Source of the DNA: Macrostomum lignano
Lineage: Eukaryota
Reading direction: 5' to 3'
DNA length: 64,000 bases
Assembly (NCBI GenBank): GCA_002269645.1
Contig: NIVC01000991.1
Span: 310,001-374,000, forward strand
Shown: piece after piece, positions 58,991 to 64,000 of the stretch
How positions within the stretch are numbered: position 1 is the stretch's first letter
Layout: each line of letters opens with the position of its first letter
Notes under the pieces: generated by a model
Told to the model about the DNA's origin: nothing
Database searches by the model: none
What the model saw: only the letters and a program-made list of their open reading frames with translations
Program-made: the position numbers and the translations under genes

Positions 58991-59295
58991 AGACAGACAG
59001 ACACTAGAGGATGGGGGACAGGGGACACTTCAAAAACATCAGTGAACAAGATCAGATAAAGTACAACAGTACATGTATATGACTGTAAAATCCATTCAAT
59101 ATCAACGCTAAATCATTTTGAATTTTATTTACATAAGAAAGTCGTTCAAAATAAGAGATTTTTTAAGAAAGCGAACGCAAATGATGCAAAAAACAAAAAA
59201 GGGCCCCGATCGGTTATGAAAGACGAGATTATGAGATTATCAAAATGGGATTTTCTACTATAGAAAGTTCTCTCGCAATACTCAAGTTACTCAAG

Positions 59296-60244
59296 TCACA
59301 GAACGGCACACGATGACCAGTCAATTTGAAGAGCCACAAGTGACTGAGTCCTAAAGTGAGATTGCGCTTCTAGTGAGTACACCACCAGGCAGTTGTCGCG
59401 TTGATTGTCAAACTCTCCAGCATCCAGAATTACCCAGTCATCTTCATCGTCACTAAAGTTCACCCGCTGGCCTGAACCTCTTAGAGGCGCCTGTCTACCA
59501 AGTCGATCTCGCAGTTGGCGCAGAAATGCCCCAATTAGTGCAGGGCTTGGGATGCGATGAAGCACCAGATCTGCCGGATCGGGGACTCTGAAGTGTGTCA
59601 AAAGCATGGAAACCTACTATATTGTTTTACTTCTATATCAAGGCTTACGAGGGAATTGCTAAGGGGAGGCTTTAATTTTTCAAGGATTCCAATAAAAATT
59701 TTTCGTTCCCTTGCATTTTGCGAGTAACCAAATATCGACAACATCGAAAATGACGGCATCAGCTTCGCACCTGTCAACGCCCAGCTGTCTAGCGGCTGCA
59801 AACGCCAAACGATGATTCTCACGCATGTCGTTAGTAAGAAAATTGTAATCAATTAGCCAAGGTGCAAATCTATTAATTATGGCGCAAAATGCCAGACCAT
59901 TGCGAAACGAGGTATGCCGATTAGAGATCTGCACAAATCGATAGCCTTGGCTGCACTGCTGGCTCCAAGCCAGAAGGCTGTCCGTGAACTCGCTTTCTAG
60001 AGGAGAAGCTTGAAAGTTAGCGATCGAGTCTGGGCTGGATGGAAGTGGCTCAACAACTTGACTGAGACTGCTCACTGATGATGACGGATGCTGCGGCTCG
60101 GGCCGTGGCAAGTTTAGTTCAGACGCAACAGTCGGACAGTGCAATCGGAGAAGCAGGGACAGGCTTGCGAATGCTACCTGTTGCACAGGTTTTAATTGGA
60201 ATTATAGGATAGGCTTAGATACCGGCTGGAGTCCCTAAAGAAAC

Positions 60245-60343
<99 letters not shown>

Positions 60344-60348
60344 CCTCT

Positions 60349-60397
<49 letters not shown>

Positions 60398-60416
60398 CAT
60401 CTATCTATCTACCTCT

Positions 60417-60487
<71 letters not shown>

Positions 60488-60492
60488 CCTCT

Positions 60493-60549
<57 letters not shown>

Positions 60550-60578
60550 CATCTATCTATCTGTCTATCTATCTATCC

Positions 60579-60638
<60 letters not shown>

Positions 60639-61253
60639 GTCTATTTATCTATCCAAAGTGAAAACTATCAAAGACGAACATTTTCCTCATCCTAAACTTG
60701 GCTTATTAATTCTAACTTTACCTCATATTACGCTCTAACCTAACTGCTTTACCTTTTTAGACTTGCTCCGAAGCTGCAGCTCTGCAAGCCATTGATTTCC
60801 ATCATTGACAGCCCGAGCAATGCCCGCCAGTTCAAGGATCTTTACCGATCTACTAGCAATAATCTTGCACTCTGCGGTGCTAGCCAAGCTTCTAGTAGCA
60901 GCAGATTCTAACAGGGCAAATTTCCACAAATCAGACGGGACGCAAGAGAAGACGAATGCGACGGAGGAGTCGCCGCAGTCCGCGGCAGTGCCGCAGAAGC
61001 GACGGGCGTTGGCGGAATTCGCCGATAAACTCCAACACTGCGGCTCCGTGCGGTGAAGCCAACGACACCCTTTGCCTTTGCGCAGCGACTTCCTTAACAG
61101 ACGATCAAGAACGCCACTGCCGTCAGGTTTTCTGATTGTTGCAGCATCGTTTGGAACAGCAACTGCCGACAACTCACGGAGAGGACGCTTTGACTTCGGA
61201 GGGGACTCAACTGAGAAGCACGCAAAGCTGACGATGAGCTGCTGCTGCTGCAT
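59296..61253 (-). CDS. EHBP1-like unit A: NT-C2 + CH + acidic tail + CaaX (CAVL), no bMERB, 399 aa
   Basis: Exons 61253..60753, 60177..59771, 59587..59296 (1200 nt; phases 0/2). ATG lies 2 nt after a strong pyrimidine-tract AG. NT-C2-like [17 protein letters not shown]|VAFASLSL; [48 protein letters not shown]|VPDPADL; ends CAVL*. Confidence 0.82.
60246..60652. repeat. (TATC)n microsatellite, intron 1 of unit A
   Basis: ATCT repeat with ACCTCTTT interruptions. Confidence 0.98.
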
Positions 61254-61489
61254 AGCTGCAGAAACAAGAAAAGTTAAGAGTATTATAAATTGTTTTCATC
61301 AGATTGCTTTTGTCTGAGCTCAGCTAACTAAATTGTCTTTCCAGACAGGCCAATCCGCTCCCAGACAAAAGAGCTTACACGAGATTCGCTTTCATAAGCT
61401 CGAAGTCTCTATCCGACCTTCGGGTCCTTTGAAACTCCACAATGGCAATCCGGCACGCTCAAAGTCTGTCTCTTTGATCTCAGCTCTCT

Positions 61490-61552
<63 letters not shown>

Positions 61553-62215
61553 TTTTTCTCTCCTCTCCTTTTGTCTCTCGTCTATCTTTCCTTGGGTATT
61601 TTTCCTCTTTCCTCTTGTCTTCTCTCTTGTCGCCTCTCTTGCCTTTCCTTTCTGCTCTAATCTTTAATCTTTCGTCTCCTCTTTCTTTTCTATTTTCTCT
61701 AATCTCTCGTCTCCTCTTTCTTCTCTAATCTTTCGTCTCCTCTTTCTTTTCTATTTTCTCTAATCTCTCGTCTCCTCTTTCTTTTCTATCGTCTCTAATC
61801 TCTAATCTCTCGTCTCCTCTTTCTTTTCTATCGTCTCTAATCTCTAATCTCTCGTCTCCTCTTTCTTTTCTATCGTCTCTAATCTCTAATCTCTCGTCTC
61901 CTCTTTCTTTTCTATCGTCTCTAATCTCTAATCTCTCGTCTCCTCTTTCTTTTCTATTTTCTCTAATCTCTCGTCTCCTCTTTCTTTTCTATCGTCTCTA
62001 ATCTCTAATCTCTCGTCTCCTCTGTCTTTTCTATCGTCTCTAATCTCTAATCTCTCGTCTCCTCTTTCTTTTCTATCGTCTCTAATCTCTAATCTCTCGT
62101 CTCCTCTTTCTTTTCAATCGTCTCTAATCTTTAATCTCTCGTCTCCTCTTTCTTTTCTATCGTCTCTAATCTCTAATCTCTCGTCTCCTCTTTCTTCTCC
62201 TCTCTACTCGATTAC
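61490..62215. repeat. (CT)n followed by a 42-bp pyrimidine-rich minisatellite
   Basis: Unit TCTCTAATCTCTAATCTCTCGTCTCCTCTTTCTTTTCTATCG. Confidence 0.9.
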
Positions 62216-63308
62216 TTCTCCTTTACTATCTCATCTCTTATGGAATATGAATTAAAAAAACGCTGTTTATTGTATACACGAAATCAGATTGACATTTTTG
62301 CAGCTTTCTTTTCTGCCTTGGGTTGTGGGATATCGAAGCTTCACATTCTAGCCAAAGAAAAACTTTATTAAACTTTAAGTCAGTTGTTGACAGAGAATTT
62401 CTGAACTATTGTGTTGCGAGACCATCAGTGTCAGGATGGTCTAGGCGTTGCTGATGTATCCTAATGTATCATCTGCATCCACCTAAAACAACTTCAATTA
62501 GCTACAAAATTGTTATAGCTAGACAAATAACAAAACACACGAGATAAGAGGATCAATCTAGGTTTTTTCCGCGTGTTTCTATATATTAATAAAAAAATAT
62601 TAAAACCCACACACTGTGATTGTTATGTTGTAAAAGAAGTACAGCCAAAAAATAATCGATAAAATTTGGTAAAATTCGGAAATTTGGTAAAAAACACAGC
62701 TGAAAGTAGATTTTGTTTGAAAAAAGTGAGATTGTGTTTTTGGAAGATACGAAATCTTCTCTAATCTCTAATCTTGTAATTTGTTAGCACTCGGCAACAT
62801 GTTAAAACTTCCAACCCTAAAACCAATGATCAATAATAATAACAATGACAATAATAGATTAAATCGGCTCAAATGGCCAGCGTGCAACCGACAGCTCGAT
62901 CCTCACCAGCTTTAGACTTTAGTGGAAACTTTAACATGTTGCCGAATGCAGGATTTCAGGAATGTACTTTTAGATATTGTATAGATAAACAGCAGTAGAT
63001 GCAATAAAAAAACAATCCTGCTTGCGTAAATTGGTTCAATTTTGACGCTTCAATAAAACTGTATAAAAAATCGCATTTGTACACTATAATCTTGTTTGCC
63101 TGAAAGTCAGATATAAGAACTGAAAAAATTAGGTTTTTTCGCTATAAATTTGGTTTGTTTCGCGAGCATAAAAATTCAAACTCCAACTTTGTCCTCTGTG
63201 TGGCATTCTTCACTTTAGCCATTAGCCTTTCTGCCATGGCATATTCTTAACTTGATTGGCTTAGTTTTAAAACCCACACGTAGGAGGAACGTTAGAAAAA
63301 GCAAATTC

Positions 63309-63585
63309 CTACATAACACAGCAAGCCGATGCAGCATTTTTAGCAGTCGACTTGTCTGCATCGCTGACCGAGTCAGACTGCATCAGCTGCTCGAGCTGTT
63401 CAGCATCAACAAACTCCCAGTCCAGTTCCCAATCGGCATCCGATACAGAAGCGCCGGAGGCTTTGAAAAAGTCGCGAAGACGATGCAACAGTTGCACATT
63501 TTTCTGGTCTGTACCGATAGAATTCGAAAGCGACTGATGTGTCGAACGTGTCGCTGTAGTGGCGCCGGACTCAGCAGCAGATTGC
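63309..63585 (-). CDS. Last exon of an upstream gene, probably a third EHBP1-like unit (C), ending in CaaX (CCVM); 5' part beyond the window
   Basis: Phase-2 acceptor at 63586, like the CH-splitting intron of units A and B. LLHRLRDFF resembles the CH C-terminal helix; acidic DWELDWEFVDAE; ends CCVM*. Confidence 0.55.
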
Positions 63586-63619
63586 CTGCGCAGAGTATTT
63601 GAATAACTATAAACGAATA

Positions 63620-63838
63620 GCTTCAAACGAATTAATAATAACAATACAGTAATTGATTACACCTGGCGCAATCGGGCTATTGCGCGGCGCATCTGAAGGC
63701 TGCGTACGGCTGTTCAGTCCAAGGACTGGGGGATGTCGCCAGTCGCCACAAACTCTCAATTACCCCAGTGGGTCCAGTAGGTCGAGAATCGAACCTCCGA
63801 CCTCTCAGTCGTGGGTCCGACGCTCTAACCACTAGGGA
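63620..63838 (-). mobile_element. tRNA-derived SINE (5'-truncated head)
   Basis: Minus strand CCTAGTGGTTAGAGCGTCGGACCCACGACTGAGAGGTCGGAGGTTCGATTCTCG: A-box remnant and B box GGTTCGATTC, then a ~130-bp body and a TATTGTTATTATT tail. Confidence 0.68.
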
Positions 63839-64000
63839 GTAAGACGTTTGCTTGCGGGAAGTTTGCTTGCGGAATTTTGATGTCTGCTTCCTAGAAACTC
63901 GCAATCACAATTGCAAGATTTTAACTTGCCGAATTATTTTCTTGTCTGCTTGCTTGTTTTGATTGCTTGTGAAGTTAGTCAGTCAATTATTACTTACTAC

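Overview
Eukaryotic (metazoan) genomic DNA: intron-containing genes, with nearly every larger intron filled by its own private mini- or microsatellite. The repeat style is reminiscent of a free-living flatworm such as Macrostomum (inference, not verified). Genes in order: the 3' part of an ABCA5-like transporter (+), an OATP/SLCO transporter (-, 2 coding exons), a LIV-1-type ZIP zinc transporter (-, 10 exons), a decayed non-LTR retrotransposon endonuclease, and a GOLGA4/golgin-245 orthologue (+, 16 exons). The golgin has a 5-kb exon holding a young coiled-coil tandem repeat with higher-order structure. At the right end is a head-to-tail cluster of three diverged EHBP1-like units (-), each ending in a CaaX box. 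The most unusual element is this cluster. One unit has NT-C2 + CH + bMERB but no recognisable start codon of its own. One complete unit lacks the Rab-binding bMERB domain and instead ends in an acidic W-x-x-L LIR-like motif plus CaaX. The third unit is visible only as a last exon with the same acidic W-x-x-V plus CaaX tail. Several short TIR elements with target-site duplications (some nested, some carrying internal minisatellites) and tRNA-derived SINEs are also present. All exon models were built by eye from GT-AG sites and phase continuity; family assignments rest on motif recall, not database searches.
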